DNA of 64,000 nucleotides, taken from positions 124,001-188,000 of IMG/VR virus record IMGVR_UViG_3300049215_000771; one strand, given 5' to 3'. The notes under the pieces are model-generated. The model ran no database searches. It was given only the letters and a program-made list of their open reading frames with translations, and had not been told where the DNA came from. Below, piece by piece: positions 8,721 to 17,769 of the stretch. The position numbers and the translations under genes were made by a program. Every line of letters starts with the position of its first letter. Position 1 is the stretch's first letter.

Positions 8721-9587
8721 TTAGTCTTGTCCCCGCAACTGTTCGTTGATGGCTTCATGTTCCGCCATCTTCTGCTCGAAAAACTCCTGCTCGCTGGGCA
8801 CGTCGGGCAGTTTTTTCTTCAACTTCCCAAGCAGTCCTTGCTTCATGAAGTTTTCCATGATTGGCTCGTCAGGCAATCCGGCTTTCTGGCGAACTTCCTT
8901 CTCAGAAGCAGTCGCCGCTGTTGCCGTTTTCCTCAGCTTCTCACACTCAATCGACAGGCGCATGTTCCTGGCTTCCAGGATTTTCATCTGTGCCTTGAGT
9001 TCGTCGATCTCATCTTGTTGTTTCTTGAACTTGGGCGTGGCGTTCTCGGCGGCGATGGCACGGGATTTCTCCCAATTGCCTTCGATGGCTTCTTCGACCA
9101 TATAGGTGCTGGGAATCATCAACCGCCAGCGTTCCAGCAGCTTCTCCGAGATGCCTCCTTCTTCGGCTTCATGGAGTTCCTGCCATTTGTGAGTGAGGTA
9201 CTGGTCCACCTTGTTGACGATGTATTCTTTGATTTCTTTCAGCTTGACTTCGTATTCTTCGTACAGCGTCACTTCCAAGGTGTTGTTCTTCTCACGCTCG
9301 GCCTGAAGCATCTGGTAGGCTTCTTCGTAGCCTTCTTCCAGCGTAGCCTCGAACTCTTGCTTCTGTGATTCGAGTCGGTTCCGAAGGTCCGTGATGATTT
9401 GATACGCTTCTTCGTAGCCCTGATATGCCACTTTCTCGTTGGCATTCAGTTCTTCAGACAGGGCAGCGTAGGCTTGTTCCAGTTTGGCGTTATATTCCGC
9501 CTCCAGTTCAGCCTTGATCTCGGCCCTCATTTGGTCGAGGTTGTTCTGCTCCCGCCTGTTTTTTCTATCGGTCCATTCATTTCTCAA
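8721..9587 (-). CDS. acidic coiled-coil protein resembling T4-like prohead core/scaffold (gp22-like)
   Basis: E-rich heptads, repeated GYEEAYQ, IVNKVDQYL..W reminiscent of gp22-type VDxYL; TTG start inferred from AAGGAG SD. Confidence 0.5.
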   Translation of the reverse strand: MRNEWTDRKNRREQNNLDQMRAEIKAELEAEYNAKLEQAYAALSEELNANEKVAYQGYEEAYQIITDLRNRLESQKQEFEATLEEGYEEAYQMLQAEREKNNTLEVTLYEEYEVKLKEIKEYIVNKVDQYLTHKWQELHEAEEGGISEKLLERWRLMIPSTYMVEEAIEGNWEKSRAIAAENATPKFKKQQDEIDELKAQMKILEARNMRLSIECEKLRKTATAATASEKEVRQKAGLPDEPIMENFMKQGLLGKLKKKLPDVPSEQEFFEQKMAEHEAINEQLRGQD

Positions 9588-9658
9588 GGCAATTCTCCTT
9601 CTTGCTAGGGACATATAGGAAGGATACCATTTTGGTCCCAGGAGAACAAGATTGCTTG

Positions 9659-9666
9659 CTATATAC
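9659..9666. promoter_or_regulatory. late-promoter-like CTATATAC (palindromic TATATA, between divergent genes)
   Basis: 4 nt upstream of ATG 9671; similar TAnATA boxes precede other F-x-x-(F/W)-x2-4-E genes. Confidence 0.5.
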
Positions 9667-9670
9667 AATC

Positions 9671-10216
9671 ATGGAAACAATGACATTCCGCAACTTTCTG
9701 TTGGAACAGGAGAGCGAGCAACAAGCGCAGCAGCTACAGGCCAAGGTCAAGGAATTGAGCCAGCCGCAGACCGTCCAGCGCATGATACAGATGGTGGGGG
9801 CCAAAAACCTCGACGATCTGATTGCCAAATTGCGTGTCAACCCAAAGGTCCAGGCTGTTATTCAACAATATCAGCAACTCAAAGTAAATGAGGCATATTC
9901 AGAAGGGATGATGGGCACCATATTCGGGGGTATATGGAAAGCCCTCACTGGTGTATTTCGTTGGGCTTTATCGTCAATAGGAAAGACTATTGCTCATGTT
10001 TTTGCCCCTTTCGGCGATAGCAGTGAGGGTGTAGGAGCCAAGATGGAATACGCATCCATGTTGCTTCTTACCTTCGGGTTGTCGGGAACCCTTCTTGCTG
10101 CCGGGGCACCTGTAGCTGTCGCCGCAGCCGCTATGCCCTTTACAGCAACAATGTGGGGGTTGATGTGGTTCGGAAAGAACTTCCTGGAGCCTGTATTGAA
10201 AATGACAGATGGATAA
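9671..10216 (+). CDS. putative virion protein with CTS-like N-terminus and C-terminal hydrophobic helices
   Basis: Starts METMTFRNFLLEQ; no SD. Confidence 0.65.
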   Translation: METMTFRNFLLEQESEQQAQQLQAKVKELSQPQTVQRMIQMVGAKNLDDLIAKLRVNPKVQAVIQQYQQLKVNEAYSEGMMGTIFGGIWKALTGVFRWALSSIGKTIAHVFAPFGDSSEGVGAKMEYASMLLLTFGLSGTLLAAGAPVAVAAAAMPFTATMWGLMWFGKNFLEPVLKMTDG

Positions 10217-10261
10217 TTGTTTCATATTGATCGACAGCCCCGTATAGGATATACATTCAGT

Positions 10262-10543
10262 ATGCCCTATATGGAGGTTCCAGCCTTGTACTTGCCAGTT
10301 GTAAATCCCGATGTCGGAAAATCTGTCGCTATCGCCGTTGAGCGTAGCGGCGATCAGATGCGATATACTGAAGACCAACTTGAACGACTCGACGAAGAAA
10401 ATCCAGCCGTGGCTTGCTTCATTAGGGAGTGGGCCGAGCGTTCAGAGGAGCCTTTGAGCGCCGTTGGAATGGTCTGTTTGTATAGAATACTAGAGAGTCA
10501 GGCCGAGGCCGACGCCATGATGGAAGAAATTCCGATTGGCTAA
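10262..10543 (+). CDS. hypothetical protein
   Basis: ORF; start uncertain. Confidence 0.6.
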   Translation: MPYMEVPALYLPVVNPDVGKSVAIAVERSGDQMRYTEDQLERLDEENPAVACFIREWAERSEEPLSAVGMVCLYRILESQAEADAMMEEIPIG

Positions 10544-10621
10544 AATCCTGCGGGCGGATTGGTTGTTGATGCCGTAAATACGGCATGTAAAACAACAACT
10601 TTTTCGCTTGTAGGAGGCCAG

Positions 10622-11053
10622 ATGGACACGGTGGATGAGCGCACATTTGGAGAAAGGGTAAGCGATGCCGTCGCTAAATTTGGTGGTTCCTGGAGATTTA
10701 TCTTCATTGGCATTGGAATCATCATCTTCTGGATGGGTTTGCAACTCCTACCCTTCGCCTGGGATCATTACCCGTACATCCTCCTCAACCTTGTCCTGTC
10801 ACTCGTCGCCGCCTTCCAAGCACCATTCATTATGATGTCGCAGCGGCGTTGCGAAATTAAACAAGACCTGATCTACCGCAGCCTTTTCCGGGAGATCAAG
10901 GAACTGATCGAAACCGATCTCAGTGTGGAACAAGAAGTTGTGGCACAAAACAAGCTACTTGCCGAGGAACTGGCCTCGCTAAAGAAAATCGTCCAGGAGT
11001 TAGTGGAGGAGAGAAAATCCCAGGCACTTTACAACCAAGGGGAAATGAAGTAG
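10622..11053 (+). CDS. DUF1003 membrane protein
   Basis: RTFGERVSDAVAKFGGSWRFI...YPYILLNLVLSLVAAFQAPFIMMSQ signature; AGGAGG SD. Confidence 0.9.
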   Translation: MDTVDERTFGERVSDAVAKFGGSWRFIFIGIGIIIFWMGLQLLPFAWDHYPYILLNLVLSLVAAFQAPFIMMSQRRCEIKQDLIYRSLFREIKELIETDLSVEQEVVAQNKLLAEELASLKKIVQELVEERKSQALYNQGEMK

Positions 11054-11056
11054 GAT
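11028..11056 (+). promoter_or_regulatory. sigma70-type promoter
   Basis: TTTACA-N17-TAGGAT, 4 nt before ATG 11061. Confidence 0.6.
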
Positions 11057-11060
11057 AGAC

Positions 11061-11975
11061 ATGACGAAATACCGAGCCACGGCGACTGTGGTGTGGGACT
11101 TTGAGTCCGACAAGCCGCAAGACCAGGCTCTCGAACAGGCTAAGGCGCAAATCGAAGCGCTTCCTCCGCAGCAGGGCATGGCGGACCTTCGCATGGTGGT
11201 CCGCCTTGACAAGTTGAAAGAGAAGGTGCAGAAAGTTCGACTTGGTGAGTTCGAGATTGCCGACGTGATGCCTTATATCACCAAGGACGACACGAAACGT
11301 GAGTATGAATATAACGGCGTTAAGCACGCCGTCAAGATGAACAGCCATCGCTATTTCCTGTTCCGGGAATGTATGCAGTGTGTGGCTTGCGGCCTGAAAG
11401 GGACGAAGATGCTGCTTGAGCATCACCCGGCTGACAAGTCGCCTCACTTCAACCTTTACGGTGAGGAAGATGGCAAGTTGATCTTGCTCACGAAAGATCA
11501 TATTCTTGCGAAATCGTGTGGTGGGGAGGATCGCCACTCCAACTACCAAACGATGTGTATAATCTGCAACAATCTCAAAGGCCATGCGAATTTGACGCTC
11601 GATGCCATTGCGGAATTGCGGCAGATATATGACGAGAATAAGAATCGAGTAACGAAGAAGAAACTGCACTTGCTGATCGAGGAGGCAAAGACTAGACTGG
11701 CGAAGCCTTGGCCGAAGATCAAAACTCCCAAGAAAATCAAAGTAAGTGCCGACGCCGTTCATACCGCCTGCGACCTTAACGTATGGAGGAATGGGAACGA
11801 TCTTGTTGCTCGCCCTGTATATGATCCGCTGGATGCGGCTCAGGAGCATATTGCCTGTATTCGCAAGGGAGTATGCCTAGAACCATTGATCGCCATCGGC
11901 AGCAAGCTGGTGTGCAAGTTGGAAGATGACGTGTTCACTGTCAACCAGGTTCATGTCCTTCCTAGAAAGACGTGA
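11061..11975 (+). CDS. HNH endonuclease with N- and C-terminal extensions
   Basis: CVAC...HFNLY...TKDHILAKSCGG...NYQTMCIICNNLKG. Confidence 0.85.
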   Translation: MTKYRATATVVWDFESDKPQDQALEQAKAQIEALPPQQGMADLRMVVRLDKLKEKVQKVRLGEFEIADVMPYITKDDTKREYEYNGVKHAVKMNSHRYFLFRECMQCVACGLKGTKMLLEHHPADKSPHFNLYGEEDGKLILLTKDHILAKSCGGEDRHSNYQTMCIICNNLKGHANLTLDAIAELRQIYDENKNRVTKKKLHLLIEEAKTRLAKPWPKIKTPKKIKVSADAVHTACDLNVWRNGNDLVARPVYDPLDAAQEHIACIRKGVCLEPLIAIGSKLVCKLEDDVFTVNQVHVLPRKT

Positions 11976-11976
11976 A

Positions 11977-12504
11977 ATGCTTCAACTCGAAGACTTGTTC
12001 GTGATGCAGGACGATCTTCGTCACTGGAGCAACCTCGCAGAAATGGTTGAATACGTCCAGGGCGGCGGGTTCTGGACGCCCACCTATCTTGTCGAATTTG
12101 CTGCCAGCAAGGGCTTGAAGGTTTCTCCTATCATTCAAATTTCGCACTTCGAGGACGACTTCCACTACCTCCACGACGGCCATCATCGCTGTGTTGCTAC
12201 ATGGCTCGGCGGAAGAAATTACCTCCGTGAAGACGAGTACCGGCTGAAGGAATGGAAATACGATCAGTATCTCGAAATCAGTCACGCCAACGGCTGGTAC
12301 ACGCCATTTGATCCACGACTGCATGTAAGGACAGCAGACTTTGCCGATTTCAAACGTAAAGCCAAGGAGCGTTTCCTGGCGGACCCGGTGAAGGCCGAGA
12401 AATGGGTTCGAGATCATGGTCGATGTTACCGGCGTGACAGAACCTTCGGCGTGGTGCCTGAATTAGCATCGGCGATAAGTTGTCGCCTTGCCCTGAAAAC
12501 GTGA
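11977..12504 (+). CDS. ParB/Srx-like nuclease-domain protein
   Basis: YLHDGHHRCVA motif. Confidence 0.6.
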   Translation: MLQLEDLFVMQDDLRHWSNLAEMVEYVQGGGFWTPTYLVEFAASKGLKVSPIIQISHFEDDFHYLHDGHHRCVATWLGGRNYLREDEYRLKEWKYDQYLEISHANGWYTPFDPRLHVRTADFADFKRKAKERFLADPVKAEKWVRDHGRCYRRDRTFGVVPELASAISCRLALKT

Positions 12505-12515
12505 AGGAGTTCAAC

Positions 12516-13490
12516 ATGGGAGTCTACTCGAACGTGCTGGCCCCGCCCAATCCGGGCTTCTGGTTCGTGGTCGTCGTGGGCGCATTGCTCACGTTCGGCC
12601 CGATCATCATTACCCTCATCAAAGAAGCAAACGAACACTCCAGCTATGGGGAAAAGTCCAAAAAGCGTGACAAGAAGGGAGCCATTTCCCTGGGTCTGTT
12701 CAGCGCTATCGCCACCATCCTCCTGATTCACTTCTTCGGTGACAGCCGGGTGCTGGGCTGGGTGTACGACACGCCGGATCGCTCCGACCCCCAGGGATTA
12801 CAAGCCCTCATCGTCCCGTTCGGCGTCGTGTTCTGGATGTTCGTGGTGATCGAAACTGTTGTTGCCTTCTGTGCCCTTCGCTACCGCAGCGGCGGCTGGG
12901 CGACGGTTTCCCTCATCGTGACCATCTTCCTCGTCCAGTTCGTGACGGGCGTTCCTGTCATTCCCTGGATAATCCATCACTATATTCTCACGCCGGTTTT
13001 GTTCGGTCTGTGGGTCGTTGTTGGCGTGGCCTGGTCCTTCTTCTACAAGTGGGACAGCCTCGTGTCCAAACACCGTGAATGGTACGATCCCATCCGGGCG
13101 GATTGGCTGAAGTCGAAGGGCTTCAACGAGCAAACCGACTTCAGCCTCGAAGACAAGGCCGATTGGGAACTCTACTTTGAGAGCCACAAGGTTCGTGAAG
13201 ATGGCGAGGTAATCGAGGCCCGCCCGAAGTACCGTCATCACAAGGCCGAACTGCTGGGCTGGGCAACGCTGTGGCCTCTCAGCATGTTCGAGACGTTCCT
13301 GTACGACTGGCTGGCCCAAGTCTTCGTCAAGTTGTATCATCGGCTCGGCTCGGTCCTCAACTGGATCATGGCCCGTCGCTGGAAGGGCACGGAAGGGCAC
13401 ATGCTCACGCAGGAAGAGCGTGACATTCTCGCTCAGGAGCGTGCTAAGAAGGGCCAAGAAGAAATGCCAGACCTTCGGGGTCGCCGCTAA
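12516..13490 (+). CDS. polytopic membrane protein
   Basis: AAGGAG SD; several transmembrane segments. Confidence 0.75.
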   Translation: MGVYSNVLAPPNPGFWFVVVVGALLTFGPIIITLIKEANEHSSYGEKSKKRDKKGAISLGLFSAIATILLIHFFGDSRVLGWVYDTPDRSDPQGLQALIVPFGVVFWMFVVIETVVAFCALRYRSGGWATVSLIVTIFLVQFVTGVPVIPWIIHHYILTPVLFGLWVVVGVAWSFFYKWDSLVSKHREWYDPIRADWLKSKGFNEQTDFSLEDKADWELYFESHKVREDGEVIEARPKYRHHKAELLGWATLWPLSMFETFLYDWLAQVFVKLYHRLGSVLNWIMARRWKGTEGHMLTQEERDILAQERAKKGQEEMPDLRGRR

Positions 13491-13500
13491 CCACAAACAC

Positions 13501-13529
13501 ACCATCAGGCGCTCGCCCCGCCTGGTGGT
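13501..13529 (+). terminator. hairpin, possible terminator
   Basis: ACCATCAGGCG / CGCCTGGTGGT 11-bp stem, weak U-tract. Confidence 0.45.
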
Positions 13530-13543
13530 TTGAGGGTTTCGCC

Positions 13544-13768
13544 ATGACTACAATGCTTGCAGGTTTCTCGAACCAAAAAATGGCGCAAGATTTGTTGGGT
13601 GTTCTCCAACAAACCTTCCCACAAAATGAATTCGTCCTTGACGGGAACAGCATCGGCATCAAGGCCCATGAAGTCCTTTGTCTCCCCATCAAGAATTTCG
13701 TCCTGGGCTACACCCTGGGAATGCAGAAAGGCATGTCGGTGATGTTGCATGAACCTTCGACCAATTAA
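13544..13768 (+). CDS. hypothetical protein
   Basis: GAGG SD; fills gap before argS. Confidence 0.5.
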   Translation: MTTMLAGFSNQKMAQDLLGVLQQTFPQNEFVLDGNSIGIKAHEVLCLPIKNFVLGYTLGMQKGMSVMLHEPSTN

Positions 13769-15044
13769 CCCGGCTCACGGTGTCGGCTTCTACTCGATGG
13801 AACAACTGCCGCAGTTTGCTGGCAAGTACGTTGAGAAGAACGTGGGCCGCTATTGGAATTATCTTTTCACACCCACCAACTACGATTGGCCCGAACCGTG
13901 GCTGGAAGTGGCGAAAGATCATATCAACGCCGAGTACATCATTGACGGTTTTAGCCCAAACCTCAACAAATCCCTTCATGTTGGGCATCTACGCCAGCTT
14001 GCCCTCGCAAAAAGCCTGTCGGCTATCTTTCGCAAGGCGAAGTTTGTGGCCTTCCTTGGCGCAAGCCTGGGTGTCTACAGCTATGCCATGAAGGAACTCA
14101 ACGAGTGGTTTGAGTTTGTTGGTTATAAGCCGGAACTCTACTACGACGTGCTGATGCCCCGTGACCTGGTGGAACATCACAAAGTCATCGAACACGAAGC
14201 CCATGTGTGGGATGGTCCCAATGGGCCGGTGATCGTTGTTCGCAGCGATGGTCGCCCTACCTACGCCTTCCACGATCTTGCCTTTGCCAAGATGGTCGGC
14301 CCCACTCATTACATCACTGGAGCCGAGCAGAAGGAACATTTCGAGCGCCTGGGCCTGGGTGACAAGCATCTCATCATGGGGCTTGTGCTGGGCAAAGATG
14401 GCAAGAAGATGAAGTCTCGTGAGAGTGATCTTGAAGATGCCAAGGCTGCTGCTGTCATGGATGAAATCATCAGCAAGCTGGACGATTCCTGTACCGAGAA
14501 GAAGAAATTGGCCTGGAACATCCTGGCCTGGAACTTTCTCGTGGCCGGTCGCCAGCAAAACGTCAAGTACAACCTGGAGGAATGGACCAACCCGGATCAG
14601 GCTGGCCTCTACATCACCTACACCTATGCCCGTGTTCGCAAGGCGTTGAAGGGCATTGAGTGGGCGCACATTCCTCCCGCCAACATGAAAGCCATCAAGA
14701 AGCACTTCCAGTGGGATGGGCTGGGCGCAGAACATTGGGATGAGGCGTGTGAGAAGTGGTCCCCAACCGACCCGGACCCGCAGTACGATCTCACCCAGGC
14801 TGATGTTGACCTGTTGGGTTTCTCGGAATACTACCGCTACTATCTGAAGCGTTGCACCGACACAATGGACCCGACGCATATGGCCAACTACGCCCACGAC
14901 CTGGCACGTCGCCTGGGCAAAGCCTACCACGCCGAGAAGATTCAGGGCGGTCGCTACGGGTTCCAATACGCTATGGAGCGAGCGAAAAGTATGCTTCGCC
15001 AGTGCATGTGGTATTTGGGCATGTTCGATTTGGAGCAGGTTTAA
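13749..15044 (+). CDS. argS: shortened arginyl-tRNA synthetase (class Ia)
   Basis: FSPNLNKSLHVGHLR (HIGH), RSDGRPTYAFHDLA, GAEQKEHF, GKKMKSRE (KMSKS), GLYITYTYAR (DALR domain). Confidence 0.85.
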   Translation: MNLRPINPAHGVGFYSMEQLPQFAGKYVEKNVGRYWNYLFTPTNYDWPEPWLEVAKDHINAEYIIDGFSPNLNKSLHVGHLRQLALAKSLSAIFRKAKFVAFLGASLGVYSYAMKELNEWFEFVGYKPELYYDVLMPRDLVEHHKVIEHEAHVWDGPNGPVIVVRSDGRPTYAFHDLAFAKMVGPTHYITGAEQKEHFERLGLGDKHLIMGLVLGKDGKKMKSRESDLEDAKAAAVMDEIISKLDDSCTEKKKLAWNILAWNFLVAGRQQNVKYNLEEWTNPDQAGLYITYTYARVRKALKGIEWAHIPPANMKAIKKHFQWDGLGAEHWDEACEKWSPTDPDPQYDLTQADVDLLGFSEYYRYYLKRCTDTMDPTHMANYAHDLARRLGKAYHAEKIQGGRYGFQYAMERAKSMLRQCMWYLGMFDLEQV

Positions 15045-15053
15045 GGAGTTGAA

Positions 15054-15419
15054 ATGAACGAGGAAGTTCAGTACGGCGATCATTCTGTCTCGATGAGGGT
15101 GAACATTAACCAACTCATCGCCAAGATGCAAGCGCCGAAGCCGGATGGTATCAGTTTCATCATGCGAAGCGATGGAACCTTCACTGCCATCTGCAAGCGT
15201 GACCAGATGAAGTTGTTGACCGGAAACACGACTTACGGCGATACCGATCTCATCTGGCATCGTTGTCCCAAGTGTGAGAGGGTTTCTTTCAGCGTCAGAC
15301 AGAACCTCGAACGGGATGCTCAGATCGCCGAGAGCATGGGTGGTATCTTCCCATCGGAATGCTACTTCATGAACCTGCCTGATGAAATTCCTCGCCCCGC
15401 TGAATGGAGAATGATATGA
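15054..15419 (+). CDS. hypothetical protein (CxxC)
   Basis: AAGGAG SD. Confidence 0.7.
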   Translation: MNEEVQYGDHSVSMRVNINQLIAKMQAPKPDGISFIMRSDGTFTAICKRDQMKLLTGNTTYGDTDLIWHRCPKCERVSFSVRQNLERDAQIAESMGGIFPSECYFMNLPDEIPRPAEWRMI

Positions 15420-15910
15420 TCGAACTCAAATGCCCCAATGAATGGAACCCGGCCTTGGTTGCCCAGCGTGGCTATGGGAACTTGTGGGATGTCGGCTCGT
15501 TGTTCCTGGGCGGCGGCATCACAAGCTGCCCGCAGTGGCAGCCTATTATGGTGGACTTGTTGAAAGACACTGAACTGGTTCTTGTCAACCCTCGCCGTGA
15601 TAACTTCGACGTGACGCAGAAAGGCATCCAGGAAGAACAGATCAGTTGGGAGTACAAATACCTTCGGGCTGTGACCGGGCGAATGTTCTGGTTCCCGAAG
15701 GAAACTTTGTGCCCCATCACGTTGTTCGAGTTGGGCAAGTACATCGAAAAAACCGATGCCTTGTTCGTTGGCTGTGACATCGACTACGGGCGGCGTGAAG
15801 ATTTGTTGATTCAGATGGGCCTGGCTCGACCCTGGGCACCACAAGTTCACTACACACTCGACGGCCTGGCTGAATCCATCAGGAATTGGGCAAAAAGAGT
15901 GTGTAGATAA
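15404..15910 (+). CDS. nucleoside 2-deoxyribosyltransferase-like protein
   Basis: SLFLGGGITSCPQWQ...VNPRR...QISWE...FWFPKETLCPITLFELG. Confidence 0.85.
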   Translation: MENDMIELKCPNEWNPALVAQRGYGNLWDVGSLFLGGGITSCPQWQPIMVDLLKDTELVLVNPRRDNFDVTQKGIQEEQISWEYKYLRAVTGRMFWFPKETLCPITLFELGKYIEKTDALFVGCDIDYGRREDLLIQMGLARPWAPQVHYTLDGLAESIRNWAKRVCR

Positions 15911-16008
15911 AATCTCACCAGACTACTATAACGGCACAGGAACACTTCTTGTGCCGTTTTTGTTTCCAGAGTTCTATATACCACGGAAGCCTTTTCAAAG
16001 GAGTGGCC

Positions 16009-16647
16009 GTGGCAAAACACCTTGAACAATGGGAAATTGATTTCAGACAACAACTGCAAGATGCGTCATATGACGTTCCCAAGGGAAAAACCTGGGAGGA
16101 CAAGTTGAGAGAAGAAATCAGCAACATTCAGCCGGCCCCGCCGAGGCCGCACCACCCACCCAAGCAAAACAACACCTGGATGTTCGCTGTTGTCATCATT
16201 TTGTTGTTGGGTGCTGTAGTGTTTGCTTACAACATGAAAACTGGTGCAATCAGCAATTGGTACAATAGCCATTTCCGTAGCGCACCAGCTTGTACAGAAC
16301 CGCCCTGCGACAACCCTTTCGAGGGACCATCAGGACCGACGCCACCGCATAATCCTCACAATGAGCTTGCAATGCAAGTTCATCAGCTTCGCATTGATCT
16401 CGACAAGATGAAGGCAGAAAACGCCACCAAGTACGAAGAAATGCAGAAGAAGCTGAAATGGAATGGCGACCGTATCACGTTACTTGGTATGCTAAACAAC
16501 GAGAACTGGTTGGTCATTCGTAACGAAGGGCCGAACAGCAGCAACTACATTTATTTCAACGCAGACTGGACTCTCTCCAGGCAGCCTCAGTATTTACAAC
16601 TGACGCAGGCCGACCGAGACTTCCTTGAAAGATTCAGAAAGAAGTAA
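16009..16647 (+). CDS. single-pass membrane protein with coiled coil
   Basis: GTG start with AAGGAG SD; central TM helix; CTATATAC box at 15974-81. Confidence 0.7.
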   Translation: MAKHLEQWEIDFRQQLQDASYDVPKGKTWEDKLREEISNIQPAPPRPHHPPKQNNTWMFAVVIILLLGAVVFAYNMKTGAISNWYNSHFRSAPACTEPPCDNPFEGPSGPTPPHNPHNELAMQVHQLRIDLDKMKAENATKYEEMQKKLKWNGDRITLLGMLNNENWLVIRNEGPNSSNYIYFNADWTLSRQPQYLQLTQADRDFLERFRKK

Positions 16648-16649
16648 CA

Positions 16650-17444
16650 ATGTACAAGAGCAGGTTCACGAAATTGAAACCCGTTTACCTTCCACCATTC
16701 AGCGGCACCAGGGTCTTGATGATGCCCTTCCTGCTCGAAGACATTGACTCTTTGCCTGATGCTCTTGCTCATTACAGACAAACTGTACAAGAGTTGGTTG
16801 CGATCTGCCCGCCATGTAGGTTGCGACTGTCTACAGATAAAAACAAGTACCGTAGCATTGATGCCCCGTGGAACAAGGAACCGCCACCCGAAGGTGTGGC
16901 ATACTTGACAATCGACGAGAAGGTTGTTGAAGAAGGAAAAACGCAACGCCAGCGTGGGCTGCATGTCGATGGAATTGGGGCTGATGGTCAGTTGGATACT
17001 GGTATTTGGGCCATTCACAGCTACAGGAATTTTGTTGCTTCTATGTGGCAGGAAGGCGCTCAAAAGTGGCAACACAGCGCTTCGGGTATCGGCGGGATGA
17101 TTACTGTTTCCAATCCGGCAGGTTGTCGGGCGTGGTACAAAGACTTTGAAGGAAAGATCGACAACAATGGCGATTGTGAAGCCCTGAGAGCTAAATTTCC
17201 TGAATCTGAATCTACTGTGTTCGAGGCTGGTGTGGCATACTGGTGTGGGGCGACCTGCGTTCACGAGTCCCTGCCAATGCAGGAAAACACACAAAGGACG
17301 TTCGTTCGTTTGTCAATGCCTTCAGATGCTCCTTGGCACGAAGGCTACACTCGTAATCCCAAAGGCATCAAGCCTACTGGCGTCATTATTCCTCGTGGCG
17401 CATGGGATCGGGTCAAAGAACCAGAGGTTATCTTGAAGGGGTAA
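16650..17444 (+). CDS. 2OG-Fe(II) oxygenase superfamily protein
   Basis: GLHVDG (HxD), CVHESLP (distal His), RTFVRLS (2OG-binding Arg); internal KYRSIDAPW peptide. Confidence 0.75.
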   Translation: MYKSRFTKLKPVYLPPFSGTRVLMMPFLLEDIDSLPDALAHYRQTVQELVAICPPCRLRLSTDKNKYRSIDAPWNKEPPPEGVAYLTIDEKVVEEGKTQRQRGLHVDGIGADGQLDTGIWAIHSYRNFVASMWQEGAQKWQHSASGIGGMITVSNPAGCRAWYKDFEGKIDNNGDCEALRAKFPESESTVFEAGVAYWCGATCVHESLPMQENTQRTFVRLSMPSDAPWHEGYTRNPKGIKPTGVIIPRGAWDRVKEPEVILKG

Positions 17445-17445
17445 T

Positions 17446-17769
17446 ATGAAATACACGATACTACTTGTCTTGTCAGGATTGCTGTTCTTTGCCGGGTGCA
17501 AACAACAGCCACCAGCAGCGGACCAGCCACCCCCTGCTCAAGTTCCCCCGGTTGCGCCCCCGCCTCAGATGGATGCACCGCCAGCAATTCCACAAACACC
17601 ACCACCCCCACCGCCAGTGGTCACGAATTCCTACTTGAAGGGATACCACGATGGGTATTTCGGAACATGGCTACGGCCTGCTGCGTGGGTTGTTGTAGGT
17701 GAATACCGACATGGTTGGAGTGCCGGCTCGTATGACCGTCAGCACGGTCTGCCAAATGCACATCCTTAG
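17446..17769 (+). CDS. proline-rich lipoprotein
   Basis: Lipobox LFFAGC followed by poly-Pro region. Confidence 0.75.
   Translation: MKYTILLVLSGLLFFAGCKQQPPAADQPPPAQVPPVAPPPQMDAPPAIPQTPPPPPPVVTNSYLKGYHDGYFGTWLRPAAWVVVGEYRHGWSAGSYDRQHGLPNAHP

Noticed and set aside
16009-17769. Spanin pair (membrane coiled-coil protein plus Pro-rich lipoprotein)
   Set aside because: The genes are separated by the oxygenase, the TM helix is central rather than N-terminal, and no holin or endolysin is nearby
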